From: Bacillus andreraoultii
Lineage (GTDB): Bacteria; Bacillota; Bacilli; Bacillales; Caldibacillaceae
Reading direction: 5' to 3'
NCBI RefSeq assembly: GCF_001244735.1
Contig: NZ_LN868935.1
Coordinates: forward strand, 204,092-228,091
DNA: 24,000 nt
Made by a program: the position numbers and the translations under genes. Under the pieces are notes generated by a model, which did no database searches, was not told the origin of the DNA, and saw only the letters and a program-made list of their open reading frames with translations. This document shows positions 1 to 7,976 of this stretch, one piece after another. Each line of letters starts with the position of its first letter. Position 1 is the first letter of the stretch.

Positions 1-60
1 CTAATTTCCTACGATTAGCTGAAAATTCATATCCATTCATTTTACGTTAGGGTGGTTACG

Positions 61-1323
61 ATGAAAAGAAAAAAGCAACAACAAACAGATGAGGAACGAT
101 ATCGACAACTAGTTGAACATGTTAGTGACTGGATATGGGAAGTGGATGAAAATGGCGTATACACGTATGCCAGTCCACAAATTAAGGATATTCTTGGTTT
201 CTCACCTAATGAAGTTATTGGAAAAACACCATTTGATTTAATGTCTGCTGATGAAGCAAAACGAGTAAAACCAATTTTCGACAAACTTTTATCAAAAAAT
301 TTGCCAATTAAAAGCTTAGAAAATTTAAACATACATCGTGACGGCCGTGAAGTAATTCTTGAAACAAGTGGGTCGCCGATTATTAATAAAGAAGGAAAAT
401 GTATAGGTTATCGTGGGGTTGATCGCGACATCACTGCTAGGAAAATTGCTGAAAGGCGAAATCAACAATTACTAGATATTATTGATGCATCCCCTGACTT
501 TATTGCAACTGCAGATATAAACGGAGACACTAAGTATATAAATCCAGCTGGTAGGCGAATGCTTGGATTAAGAGGAAATGAGCGTATCTCTATTGCAGCC
601 GCACATCTTCAGCCTTATCAAGATACAATTTTACACATTGGTATTCCTACAGCTATCCAACAAGGTGTTTGGAAAAGCGAAACGATGATTTTTAGCCAAG
701 ACGGCATTGAAATACCTGTTTCCCAAATCATTGTTGCTCATAAATCAGAAACCGGTGATGTTCAATTTCTTTCTACGATTGCTAGAGACATTACAGAAAG
801 AAAAGAACTTGAAAAAATTATTGACCGTCAAGCAAATTATGATACATTAACTGATTTGCCTAACAGACGCTTTTTTCAAAATAAATTATCCTCTATCTTT
901 GAAGCCTCTATTCCAGGTCAAAAAGTGGCTATACTTTTTATTGATTTAGATAATTTTAAAAATATTAATGATACATATGGTCATCGAATAGGTGATCAAT
1001 TATTACAATTAACTGCTGCCCGGCTTAGTGATTGTGTTCGTAAGCATGATTTTATTTGTCGCTTCGGTGGGGATGAATTTATCATTCTTCTAGAAAGCAT
1101 TAAAGATGAATCAGAGATTGAACATGTAGCAAAAAGAATCATTCAGGAGTTTCATCAGCCATTTCTCATTGACGGGTTAACAATTGAAGCAACTGGAAGT
1201 ATTGGGATTAGCATTTATCCGAATCATGGACAAGATGAAGAAACGTTAGTTAAAAAAGCGGATCAAGCGATGTACATAATAAAGAGGCAAGGAAAAGATA
1301 ATTATCAAGTAAATAAAGAGTAA
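61..1323 (+). CDS. PAS-PAS-GGDEF diguanylate cyclase
   Basis: ORF track gives 52..1323. I prefer the ATG at 61 because AGGGTGG (49-55) lies 5 nt upstream, while the GTG at 52 has no SD. Two PAS-like modules are present (WIWEVDENGVYTYASPQ...DITARK and DFIATADINGDTKYINPA...DITERK). They are followed by a GGDEF domain with intact RFGGDEF and an RKHD (RxxD) motif exactly 5 residues upstream. Confidence 0.9.
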   Translation: MKRKKQQQTDEERYRQLVEHVSDWIWEVDENGVYTYASPQIKDILGFSPNEVIGKTPFDLMSADEAKRVKPIFDKLLSKNLPIKSLENLNIHRDGREVILETSGSPIINKEGKCIGYRGVDRDITARKIAERRNQQLLDIIDASPDFIATADINGDTKYINPAGRRMLGLRGNERISIAAAHLQPYQDTILHIGIPTAIQQGVWKSETMIFSQDGIEIPVSQIIVAHKSETGDVQFLSTIARDITERKELEKIIDRQANYDTLTDLPNRRFFQNKLSSIFEASIPGQKVAILFIDLDNFKNINDTYGHRIGDQLLQLTAARLSDCVRKHDFICRFGGDEFIILLESIKDESEIEHVAKRIIQEFHQPFLIDGLTIEATGSIGISIYPNHGQDEETLVKKADQAMYIIKRQGKDNYQVNKE

Positions 1324-1485
1324 AATCGGAAGGGCTGTCAAGAAGTTGGATTTTCTACTTCCTAATGCCCCTCTGTTGCCTTTACGGAATATCCTAATCA
1401 TTATTGAGTTTGTAAACCTTGTTTAATAAAATTTACGTAATCTATAAATAGCAACTCCCCTTTTGATTTAATCATTTTATTATAG

Positions 1486-1519
1486 AAAAAATACAGGGAC
1501 GAATTCTTATTCCCTGTAT
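1486..1519 (-). terminator. Rho-independent terminator of the catalase gene
   Basis: 9-bp stem ATACAGGGA (1491-1499) / TCCCTGTAT (1511-1519) with an 11-nt loop. On the minus strand the hairpin is followed by a T-run (A-run 1486-1490 on plus). It starts 12 nt past the catalase stop. Confidence 0.7.
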
Positions 1520-1530
1520 AGATCATTCTA

Positions 1531-3645
1531 TTAAGTTCGATTCCAAAAACGTTCCTTTGCTATAGCTGCAACAAAATCTTTGCCAAAGTCTGGATTGTTC
1601 GCAGCAAATACAACGCCAGCCATATTGTTTTTTTCTGACCTTCTTAAATAAGCCTGAGCCGTTGTAGCGATACCAATCGGTTTATAGTATTTATATGTTT
1701 CATTAATAAAGTATCTTATATCTTGGTCAAATTTTGCTTGATTATCTGCATTTCCACCAACGACGTAAATCGAGTCATAAAGCCAAGGGTAGGTAGTAAA
1801 AAATGTTTTATTTACTTCTAACGTGACGCCATCCCTAGAAGTAACAGTACCAAGTTTTTCACTAATAATATCGAGAAAAACTCCATTTTGCTGTAAAATT
1901 TGAAGGGTACTCTTAACTTCAGATCCGTTAAAGTCATTATCAATGAGTACACCGACTCTCCGTGTGTATGCGGAATGAGTCGTATTTAATTGACTTAAAG
2001 ATGGATAGCTTCTATTTTCTTGAACATGTGAAGTTTTCGGTCGCTCCACCCCTATATTATCGGCAATAATGCTCGCCATTTCTGTATCAACATTTGCAAA
2101 CATCTCCACATTCTGCTGTCTAACAGATTTACTATGGACGCGGCCAAGGTGGAAACTAAATGTTTCTATTAAATCTTGCTTTTCTACTGTTGAGAGACTA
2201 TTCCAGAAAATCCTAGCGTGAGAGAAGAAATCATAAAAGGACTCACTTGGTAGTTCCCTCGTATTGTGACCTTCTACTGGTCCGGGATAGTTGACATACC
2301 CGCCTTCTTCAAATGAGGCTTCAGCCGGTGTATTGCCAGCTAATGAATTATTATGATAATGAACATTGTCAACATCAATGCGGTACCTCATCCGCCCGTC
2401 TCGGAGATTGAAGTTTGTTTTGGCAATGGGCCGATTAACTGGGAGATCCTCGAAGTTTGCGGAATGATGACGATAAAGTTCCGTATCACGATAAGCAAAT
2501 GCTCTCCCTTGTAATGTTGGATCATTTGTAAAATCAATTCCAGGAACAAGATTCGCTGGATCAAAAGCTGACTGTTCTTCTTCAGCAAAGAAATTTTCAA
2601 CAAGTCGGTTTAACGTCATTTTCCCGATATATTGAATTGGAACAACTTCTTCCGGCCATAATTTTGTGTCATCTAATATATCAAAATCATAATTAAATTC
2701 ATCTTCTTCAGCGATTAACTGTACTCCTAAATCATATTCTGGGTATGCCCCTTTTACGATGGCTTCAATAATATCGTTGCGATGATAATCTGGGTCAACA
2801 CCACCAATAATATTTGCCTCATCTAAAAGTAACGAGTGAACACCCAATCTTGGTTCCCATTTAAAACGGACAAACGTCGACTTTCCTTCTTCATTAATAA
2901 AGCGGAATGTATTAATCGGCCACCCTGCCATCATCCGCCAACTTCTCGGACGACCCCGCATGGACATTAACCACATAACCATATGTGCGGATTCCTGGTT
3001 ATTTGCGACATAATCCCAGAAATTATCATGAGCCGTAGTCGCTTGTGGTACGTCTGTTTTTGGGTTTTGTTTTGCGGCATGAGTCAAATCCATAAATTTC
3101 ATCGCATCTGCTAAAATAAAAACGGGAAATTGTAGTGATAACGAATCATAGTTCCCTTCCTTTGTATAAAACTTTACTGCAAAACCACGTATATCAACCG
3201 CTGTATCTTTAGAACCTTTATTTCCTGTAAAATTAGAAAAACGAACAAATACTGGCGTTTTCTGCCCCGCTTCTTGTAGAAAGTGCATTTTTGTAACATG
3301 CCGCATTGATTTGTACGTCTCAAATTCACCATGAACCCCGAACCCACGCGCATGAACGACTTTTTCAGGTATTCGCTCTCGATTAAAATGAGATTGTTTC
3401 TTATAAAAATGAAAGTCTTGAAATAAAAGTGGACCGCGTCTACCTGCTCTAAGTGTTGACGTATCATTTGACACTTTGGTCCCATAGTCATCTGTCATCT
3501 TCTTACCTGGACCTGTATTTTGCACACGAAATTTATCTAATTGTTTTTGTTTTTCATTTGTCGGTTTTTTAATCCTCTCTAAGTCTTCAGTTTCTTCCAC
3601 TAAATCATCCTTGTTTTTTTCTAAATCTTTATCCCTCTTATCCAC
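1531..3645 (-). CDS. katE: Large-subunit (HPII/KatE-type) monofunctional heme catalase
   Basis: 704-aa ORF. The GTG start at 3645 has AAGGTGGG 7 nt upstream. The catalase core motif [22 protein letters not shown] is present. The N-terminal charged extension and the ~150-aa C-terminal extra domain are typical of large-subunit catalases; small-subunit catalases are ~480-550 aa. Confidence 0.93.
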   Translation of the reverse strand: MDKRDKDLEKNKDDLVEETEDLERIKKPTNEKQKQLDKFRVQNTGPGKKMTDDYGTKVSNDTSTLRAGRRGPLLFQDFHFYKKQSHFNRERIPEKVVHARGFGVHGEFETYKSMRHVTKMHFLQEAGQKTPVFVRFSNFTGNKGSKDTAVDIRGFAVKFYTKEGNYDSLSLQFPVFILADAMKFMDLTHAAKQNPKTDVPQATTAHDNFWDYVANNQESAHMVMWLMSMRGRPRSWRMMAGWPINTFRFINEEGKSTFVRFKWEPRLGVHSLLLDEANIIGGVDPDYHRNDIIEAIVKGAYPEYDLGVQLIAEEDEFNYDFDILDDTKLWPEEVVPIQYIGKMTLNRLVENFFAEEEQSAFDPANLVPGIDFTNDPTLQGRAFAYRDTELYRHHSANFEDLPVNRPIAKTNFNLRDGRMRYRIDVDNVHYHNNSLAGNTPAEASFEEGGYVNYPGPVEGHNTRELPSESFYDFFSHARIFWNSLSTVEKQDLIETFSFHLGRVHSKSVRQQNVEMFANVDTEMASIIADNIGVERPKTSHVQENRSYPSLSQLNTTHSAYTRRVGVLIDNDFNGSEVKSTLQILQQNGVFLDIISEKLGTVTSRDGVTLEVNKTFFTTYPWLYDSIYVVGGNADNQAKFDQDIRYFINETYKYYKPIGIATTAQAYLRRSEKNNMAGVVFAANNPDFGKDFVAAIAKERFWNRT

Positions 3646-3898
3646 AAATCATCCCACCTTGATGAAGAATTATACTCCACTTAAACCATATGCTTTACTA
3701 TAAAAATATATACAATCATTTTTGTAGTTTGATTTTATATGAGATATTAACCATTGGAAGTTTGGAAATGTATACGAGATAACGGCTCGTCTACCGTTCA
3801 TAAAAGGGATTCATGTGATAGGTGAATGGAATGAGCTAATTTTCGTATTTATATTAGTATAGTATTATGACAGAAATTCATTTGAAAAATAACTTAAT

Positions 3899-3954
3899 AA
3901 AAAAATCACTCCTTACGTAAGCTATCTCCAATAAGTAGCATACGTAGGGAGTGA
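3899..3954 (-). terminator. Probable terminator of the 55-aa membrane-peptide gene
   Basis: 14-bp stem TCACTCCTTACGTA (3906-3919) / TACGTAGGGAGTGA (3941-3954) with one G-T pair and a large 21-nt loop. On the minus strand it is followed by T7 (A7 at 3899-3905 on plus). Confidence 0.45.
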
Positions 3955-4041
3955 CGAATATTGTTATATAAAACTATCGTAGTTATTAACATTATAAAAC
4001 TATTAAAAAATACTCCTAAAAGCAAATCAGACAGAAGGAAC

Positions 4042-4209
4042 TTACTTATTTAGTTTCTCCAGCAGTTCGATTATTTTTTGATTTTGGTTTACTTGTGTTT
4101 TACTATTCTCCTTTATTTGATAAATCCAAATCAGCCCGAAAATAGCTGCTACGGGAATCGCAATACCAAGTATCAAATTAATTACTCCAAAAAGGCTCAT
4201 GAACATCAT
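4042..4209 (-). CDS. Unannotated 55-aa single-pass membrane peptide (MMFMSLFGVINLILGIAIPVAAIFGLIWIYQIKENSKTQVNQNQKIIELLEKLNK)
   Basis: Hand-translated; it falls below the ORF-track size cutoff. ATG at 4209 is preceded by AAGGGGGG with 7-nt spacing. The frame is open for 55 codons to TAA (4042-4044). It has one hydrophobic helix and a polar/charged tail. A hairpin plus T7 lies downstream. Confidence 0.55.
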   Translation of the reverse strand: MMFMSLFGVINLILGIAIPVAAIFGLIWIYQIKENSKTQVNQNQKIIELLEKLNK

Positions 4210-4355
4210 ATATTTGCCCCCCTTCTATTACTTTAAATATCAGTCTTATTTATTGTTTTTATGAATCCGATGAAGAAATCATACACTTTTTTTATTGTAT
4301 TGCACACTTTTAAGATAGATTAAAATCAATTTCTTTTACAAACGATAACATATCA

Positions 4356-4392
4356 TTAAAAAGCAGGTGAAATTCAATTCCACCTGCTTTAC
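4356..4392 (-). terminator. Rho-independent (potentially bidirectional) terminator after the SspO-like gene
   Basis: 10-bp perfect stem AAAGCAGGTG (4360-4369) / CACCTGCTTT (4381-4390) with an 11-nt loop. A T-run follows on the minus strand (CACCTGCTTTTTAAT), 17 nt after the stop at 4407. Confidence 0.75.
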
Positions 4393-4406
4393 CTTTTTCA
4401 TGACGT

Positions 4407-4538
4407 TTAGTACCGTTTATTCTTTTTTCTAGATGAATCTACTTTTTGCCTTCCTGTTTCTTCTGTTGTTGTCCCTTGTCCTTCAGTTTGCGAGGAATTT
4501 AATCCAATAGTTGATGGATCAGCTTTTCTTTTTGCCAT
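4407..4538 (-). CDS. 43-aa hydrophilic protein, minor small acid-soluble spore protein-like (SspO-like): MAKRKADPSTIGLNSSQTEGQGTTTEETGRQKVDSSRKKNKRY
   Basis: ORF track gives 4407..4625 (72 aa), but the internal ATG at 4538 has a near-perfect SD (GGAGGTGAATAGC-ATG). The N-terminal M-x-KRKA, the low-complexity polar middle and the basic C-terminus resemble B. subtilis SspO as I recall it. A terminator follows directly. Confidence 0.6.
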   Translation of the reverse strand: MAKRKADPSTIGLNSSQTEGQGTTTEETGRQKVDSSRKKNKRY

Positions 4539-4556
4539 GCTATTCACCTCCAACCA

Positions 4557-4585
4557 TAGTATTCCTTTTAACTTGATTGCTATGT
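4557..4585 (-). promoter_or_regulatory. Possible forespore-type (sigma-G/F-like) promoter of the SspO-like gene
   Basis: On the minus strand: ACATA (4585-4581), a 17-nt spacer, then AATACTA (4563-4557). This compares with sigma-G GHATR-N17/18-CATNNTA (4/5 and 6/7 matches). It sits just upstream of the SD. Pattern match only. Confidence 0.35.
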
Positions 4586-4778
4586 AAATTTTGTCATATC
4601 TAGCTACCCATCCAAGTTCATTCATCTATTGATAACTGCACCATTACTAAGAACCCAATAAAAAACACAAGACCTTTTGATATGTATTGAATAACCTCTT
4701 CATTTTTCGTTAAAAATTATAATAAAAAATACATGACTGCTTACAAATTTTATGAATATCGAGGAATGAAGAATAATC

Positions 4779-6323
4779 ATGAGGAAAATAAAAAATCAAA
4801 TTCATTTTTCATTATTAAAAAAACGAGATAAAGGTAAAACTCAACTTGATTTTACAATACACCAAAAATCAAAAAAACGGGATTACTTAGTTACTGTTAT
4901 TACTCCTGTATATAATGGTGAAGCTTTTCTAAAAAAGTCCATTGAATCAGTATTGAATCAATCGCTTAGTTTTCATAAAATTGAATACATATTAATTGAT
5001 GATTGTTCCACTGACCGTTCGAGAAATCTTTTATTAGATTATGGGAAAAGGTATGATAACATTTCAGTCGTTTCACTAGAGTGTAATTCTGGTTCACCTA
5101 GTCACCCACGAAATATTGGAATAAAACTCGCCAGTGCACCTTATATTACTTTTTTAGATGCCGATGATTGGTTCCATCCGAATGGTTTACAAGTACTCTA
5201 TGAAATACTAGAAGAAACTGGTGACCCTTATGTAGTTGGAAGAACAATGAAGGTAGAAAGCGGAAAAATACAAGTGATTGGTGAGCATCAGTGTTGTAAA
5301 GAAAGAAGAAGCGTCTCGCCGTTTTCCATTCCACATATTTTCCATCATCTAGGGCCAACAGCAAGGATGATTCGAACAAGTTTCATAAGAGAGCACCAAA
5401 TTTCATTTCCCGAGATGAAATTTGCAGAAGACAAACTATTTTTTATTGATGTTCTCACAAATTGCAAAAGAATCTCAACAACGACAAAACCAATTTATTA
5501 TGTAAATCGTCTAGATGAAACGAAAAAAACACGGTTAACGAACCAAACGAATATTTTACAAAAGACGAATTATAATTTACAGGTCGTTCACTATACATTA
5601 AGCCGCAAGTTTAATACCGAAATAGAAAAAATGATTATCAACCGCATTTATGAATTTGATTTCATGAGACGTTTTTTTACAACCCCACACTTTCAGAGGA
5701 CTAGATGGAAAGTACTATATTACTATAAATTTAAGCAAATGTTAAAGCCATCCAGAAAGTTGTCCTATGACCTTTCAGAGACTTTCATGCAGCCGATTCA
5801 CAAAGTAATTTATGAGCTTATTCAAAATAGGAAATATCGAAATGTAACTAAGTTATTAGAATGGGAACAATCCGTAAAAGTGAAAGAAGTGACAATTAGA
5901 AATGGAAAACCTTACTTTGTCACGCCTTTGTTGGAGGAAAAATATAAATATATTCCTGTCCCATTTTATGTCGCTTTTAAAAAACATTTTTGCCAAGGAG
6001 GTAAGTATATCCTCTACTTCCATGTGTACGGTGACAATGTACAAGCAATAACAGATGTATTAATACGTGAAGGAAAAAACGCTCACAATGAGCTCGTATT
6101 ACCGGTATCTGTGGATAAAAATGGTGAGGGTTGGGTTGAACTACATTTAGATGCATTCAAAAACCTTTCCGCTGGTCATTACTCCATCTTTGTTAGATAT
6201 AATGATTATATGAAAATGAATATTAGGCAACATGAAAAAAATGAAATCAAACATCAACTTGACAATAGAGAATTTAATTTCTATCAATCCTCCTTTTCAA
6301 ATGTTGCTTTAAGGGTAAAATAA
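4779..6323 (+). CDS. Family-2 (GT-A) glycosyltransferase with ~270-aa non-catalytic C-terminal extension
   Basis: The N-terminus VTVITPVYNGEAFLKKSIESVLNQS...LIDDCSTD and the DxD-type FLDADD are typical GT2 signatures. The C-terminal half is beta-rich with no motif I recognise. The SD is weak or distant (GAGGAA, 12 nt). Confidence 0.85.
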   Translation: MRKIKNQIHFSLLKKRDKGKTQLDFTIHQKSKKRDYLVTVITPVYNGEAFLKKSIESVLNQSLSFHKIEYILIDDCSTDRSRNLLLDYGKRYDNISVVSLECNSGSPSHPRNIGIKLASAPYITFLDADDWFHPNGLQVLYEILEETGDPYVVGRTMKVESGKIQVIGEHQCCKERRSVSPFSIPHIFHHLGPTARMIRTSFIREHQISFPEMKFAEDKLFFIDVLTNCKRISTTTKPIYYVNRLDETKKTRLTNQTNILQKTNYNLQVVHYTLSRKFNTEIEKMIINRIYEFDFMRRFFTTPHFQRTRWKVLYYYKFKQMLKPSRKLSYDLSETFMQPIHKVIYELIQNRKYRNVTKLLEWEQSVKVKEVTIRNGKPYFVTPLLEEKYKYIPVPFYVAFKKHFCQGGKYILYFHVYGDNVQAITDVLIREGKNAHNELVLPVSVDKNGEGWVELHLDAFKNLSAGHYSIFVRYNDYMKMNIRQHEKNEIKHQLDNREFNFYQSSFSNVALRVK

Positions 6324-6327
6324 CCTA

Positions 6328-6365
6328 GGCGCCAATATCAATCTGTTTGGCGTCTTCATTTTTTC
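6328..6365 (+). terminator. Probable terminator of the GT2 gene
   Basis: 8-bp stem GGCGCCAA (6328-6335) / TTGGCGTC (6347-6354) with one G-T pair and an 11-nt loop, followed by TTCATTTTTT. Confidence 0.6.
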
Positions 6366-6384
6366 ATCCTTCCTTTCGACTACG

Positions 6385-6545
6385 ATTTATTTCCGAAGTT
6401 TACCACGAATTTCCGAAGATGGATCTTTTATTTCCGAAGTTGGTGTGTTTTTTCCGAAGACGGCTTGGTTTTTCCGAAGTTGGTGTGTTTTTTCCGAAGT
6501 TAATGCGTTTTTCCCGCAGAATTAACTTTATTTCCAAATGTGGCT
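6385..6545. repeat. Tandem array of ~8 x 20-bp units, core TTCCGAAG
   Basis: Exact TTCCGAAG cores start at 6391, 6411, 6432, 6452, 6472 and 6492 (spacings 20, 21, 20, 20, 20). Degenerate cores are TTCCCGCAG at 6511 and TTCCAAAT at 6532. The 20-mers at 6432-6451 and 6472-6491 are identical. Each core is preceded by a T-run. Confidence 0.9.
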
Positions 6546-6592
6546 TCCGTTTAGAAAAATTCCACAAATCCTACATTTTTCTTTTCTTTTTT

Positions 6593-6600
6593 CATACATT
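6593..6600 (+). promoter_or_regulatory. Possible mother-cell (sigma-E/K-type) -10 element for cwlJ
   Basis: CATACATT lies 21 nt upstream of the cwlJ ATG and matches the sigma-E -10 consensus CATACAnT. The -35 region (TACATTT at 6572-6578) is only a partial match. B. subtilis cwlJ is sigma-E dependent (established knowledge). Confidence 0.3.
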
Positions 6601-6621
6601 GTTTGAGAGGTGATGTCAATT

Positions 6622-7062
6622 ATGGCAAGAGTGGCATATACAGATGCTGATGTTGCATTAATGGCTAGAATGATGCGTGCTGAAGCAGAAGGTGAAGGTC
6701 GGTTAGGGATGTTAATGGTTGGAAATGTCATTGTAAATCGATTAAAAGCAAACTGTTTAGACTTTGAAGGCTTAAGATCCATTCGACAAGTTATCTTTCA
6801 AGTTCAAGGGGGGAACTACTCCTTTGAGGCCGTTCAAAAGGGGAATGTTTTTTACCAAGGTGCGAGGGCTGTTGAAAAACGATTAGCGAAACAAGCATTA
6901 GACTACTGGAGAGAGTTTCCTTCCAAATATTCACTCTGGTATTTTAACCCTTATGCTCCATGCCCTCCTACATGGTACGACCAACCATTCGCAGGACAAT
7001 ATAAACAACATTGTTACTATGAACCAAAAGCGAACACATGTGAAGGTGCTTATACATGGTAA
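6622..7062 (+). CDS. cwlJ: Spore cortex-lytic cell wall hydrolase CwlJ
   Basis: ORF track gives 6610..7062. I chose ATG 6622 because GAGAGGTGA lies ~9 nt upstream, and the N-terminus MARVAYTDADVALMARMMRAEAEGEG parallels B. subtilis CwlJ. The SleB/CwlJ hydrolase-2 signature RAEAEGEG...VGNVIVNR...FEA and the C-terminal WYFNP...P..WY are present. Confidence 0.9.
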   Translation: MARVAYTDADVALMARMMRAEAEGEGRLGMLMVGNVIVNRLKANCLDFEGLRSIRQVIFQVQGGNYSFEAVQKGNVFYQGARAVEKRLAKQALDYWREFPSKYSLWYFNPYAPCPPTWYDQPFAGQYKQHCYYEPKANTCEGAYTW

Positions 7063-7188
7063 GCCCCACTTCATAAGCTCGTTATAAATACCCAATTTCA
7101 ATCACATAAAGAGAAAACAAAAAGAGTTGGGCCTCTATATATTTGTAGATCATCAACTCTCTTTTCCTACCTGTGAACTTTTACAGTG

Positions 7189-7214
7189 GCCTCCACTAAA
7201 TGGTGGAGCTTTTT
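7189..7214 (+). terminator. Probable terminator downstream of cwlJ
   Basis: Stem CTCCAC (7191-7196) / GTGGAG (7203-7208) with loop TAAATG, followed by C then T5 (7210-7214). Confidence 0.55.
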
Positions 7215-7271
7215 AAATGTTCAAATCTCTACTAAAAAGGACTTTGTCAACGGACTCACAACTAAAGTCGG

Positions 7272-7892
7272 GTGTCTCCATGCGTAAATGATGAAAATAT
7301 GGTAAGATTGCCTAAACGGAAAAATAGGGGGGACATAGATACGTTTGAAATAATTCATAATAATACAGTCGAACCTGATTGGTTTCAAACAAAAGGGGAA
7401 TACAATGCATTTATTATAACACCAGATGACGCGGACTACACTCCGGCAACAAGTGAACTTATGCAAGCATTTACAGAGAAATTGTTTCTCTTTCCATTTT
7501 ATATTCATTTTGAAGCATATGCAGATATGAAGGAACAAATCATTGAACAAGGAAAAAACGTTAACATTCAATATCGAGATTCTGGTAGAAAAGTACATAC
7601 TGGTTGGGATGGAAAAATTCTTGAAGAGATTTCTAGTTTTACAGCTGAAGTAAAAAATCCTATACAGTTAAAAACTTCATTTGAAAATTGGTTTAACCTT
7701 GCTTTTGATAATCATCTGTGGGTAATGACGCAAGAAGACACAATCGCATATATTGATGAATTTGCCTACTTTACTTCTCCTCGAATCGTATATACGAATC
7801 ATGATGCATATGGGATTACATTGCTTAGTCAAGATAAAAAATTTCAATCCCGAGAAGATGTGAAGAACTTCCTCCAAAGCATTGCGGAATAA
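7272..7892 (+). CDS. Hypothetical protein (~197-206 aa), no recognised domain
   Basis: Long open frame with ordinary amino-acid composition. The overlapping antisense ORF 7221..7598 is Cys/Phe-rich junk. The start is uncertain: neither GTG 7272 nor ATG 7299 has a convincing SD. Confidence 0.55.
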   Translation: MSPCVNDENMVRLPKRKNRGDIDTFEIIHNNTVEPDWFQTKGEYNAFIITPDDADYTPATSELMQAFTEKLFLFPFYIHFEAYADMKEQIIEQGKNVNIQYRDSGRKVHTGWDGKILEEISSFTAEVKNPIQLKTSFENWFNLAFDNHLWVMTQEDTIAYIDEFAYFTSPRIVYTNHDAYGITLLSQDKKFQSREDVKNFLQSIAE

Positions 7893-7910
7893 ATTTACGT
7901 TTAATAAAAA

Positions 7911-7960
7911 GAAGACCTTTCTAGTTTTTAAATAGATGGTTAACGACCTTTCCTTCTACA
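7911..7960. repeat. Solitary copy of the ACCTTTCTAG / TAGATG / GACCTTTCC motif set also found at 18746-18770
   Basis: Exact 10-mer ACCTTTCTAG at 7915-7924 equals 18746-18755. TAGATG (7933-7938) and GACCTTTCC (7945-7953) follow in the same order as TAGATGACCGTTTCC in the 18.7-kb array. Confidence 0.4.
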
Positions 7961-7976
7961 ATTTTCTTTTTAAATA

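Noticed and set aside
6391-6499. TTCCGAAG cores as Spo0A 0A-boxes or CodY boxes
   Set aside because: The cores lack the conserved G of TGNCGAA. The best CodY alignment is only ~10/15, with C instead of W at the centre. They are kept only as weak hypotheses in the finding and are not called as sites.
6385-6545. Possible CRISPR array
   Set aside because: The period is only 20-21 bp, so there is no room for 25-40-bp unique spacers. The repeats are not palindromic, and there are no cas genes or leader.
6347-6613. 88-aa plus-strand ORF across the cwlJ upstream region
   Set aside because: It is the 20-bp tandem repeat read as protein (periodic FPKL/FSEV/FFRR). It has no SD, and it runs into the cwlJ SD and start.
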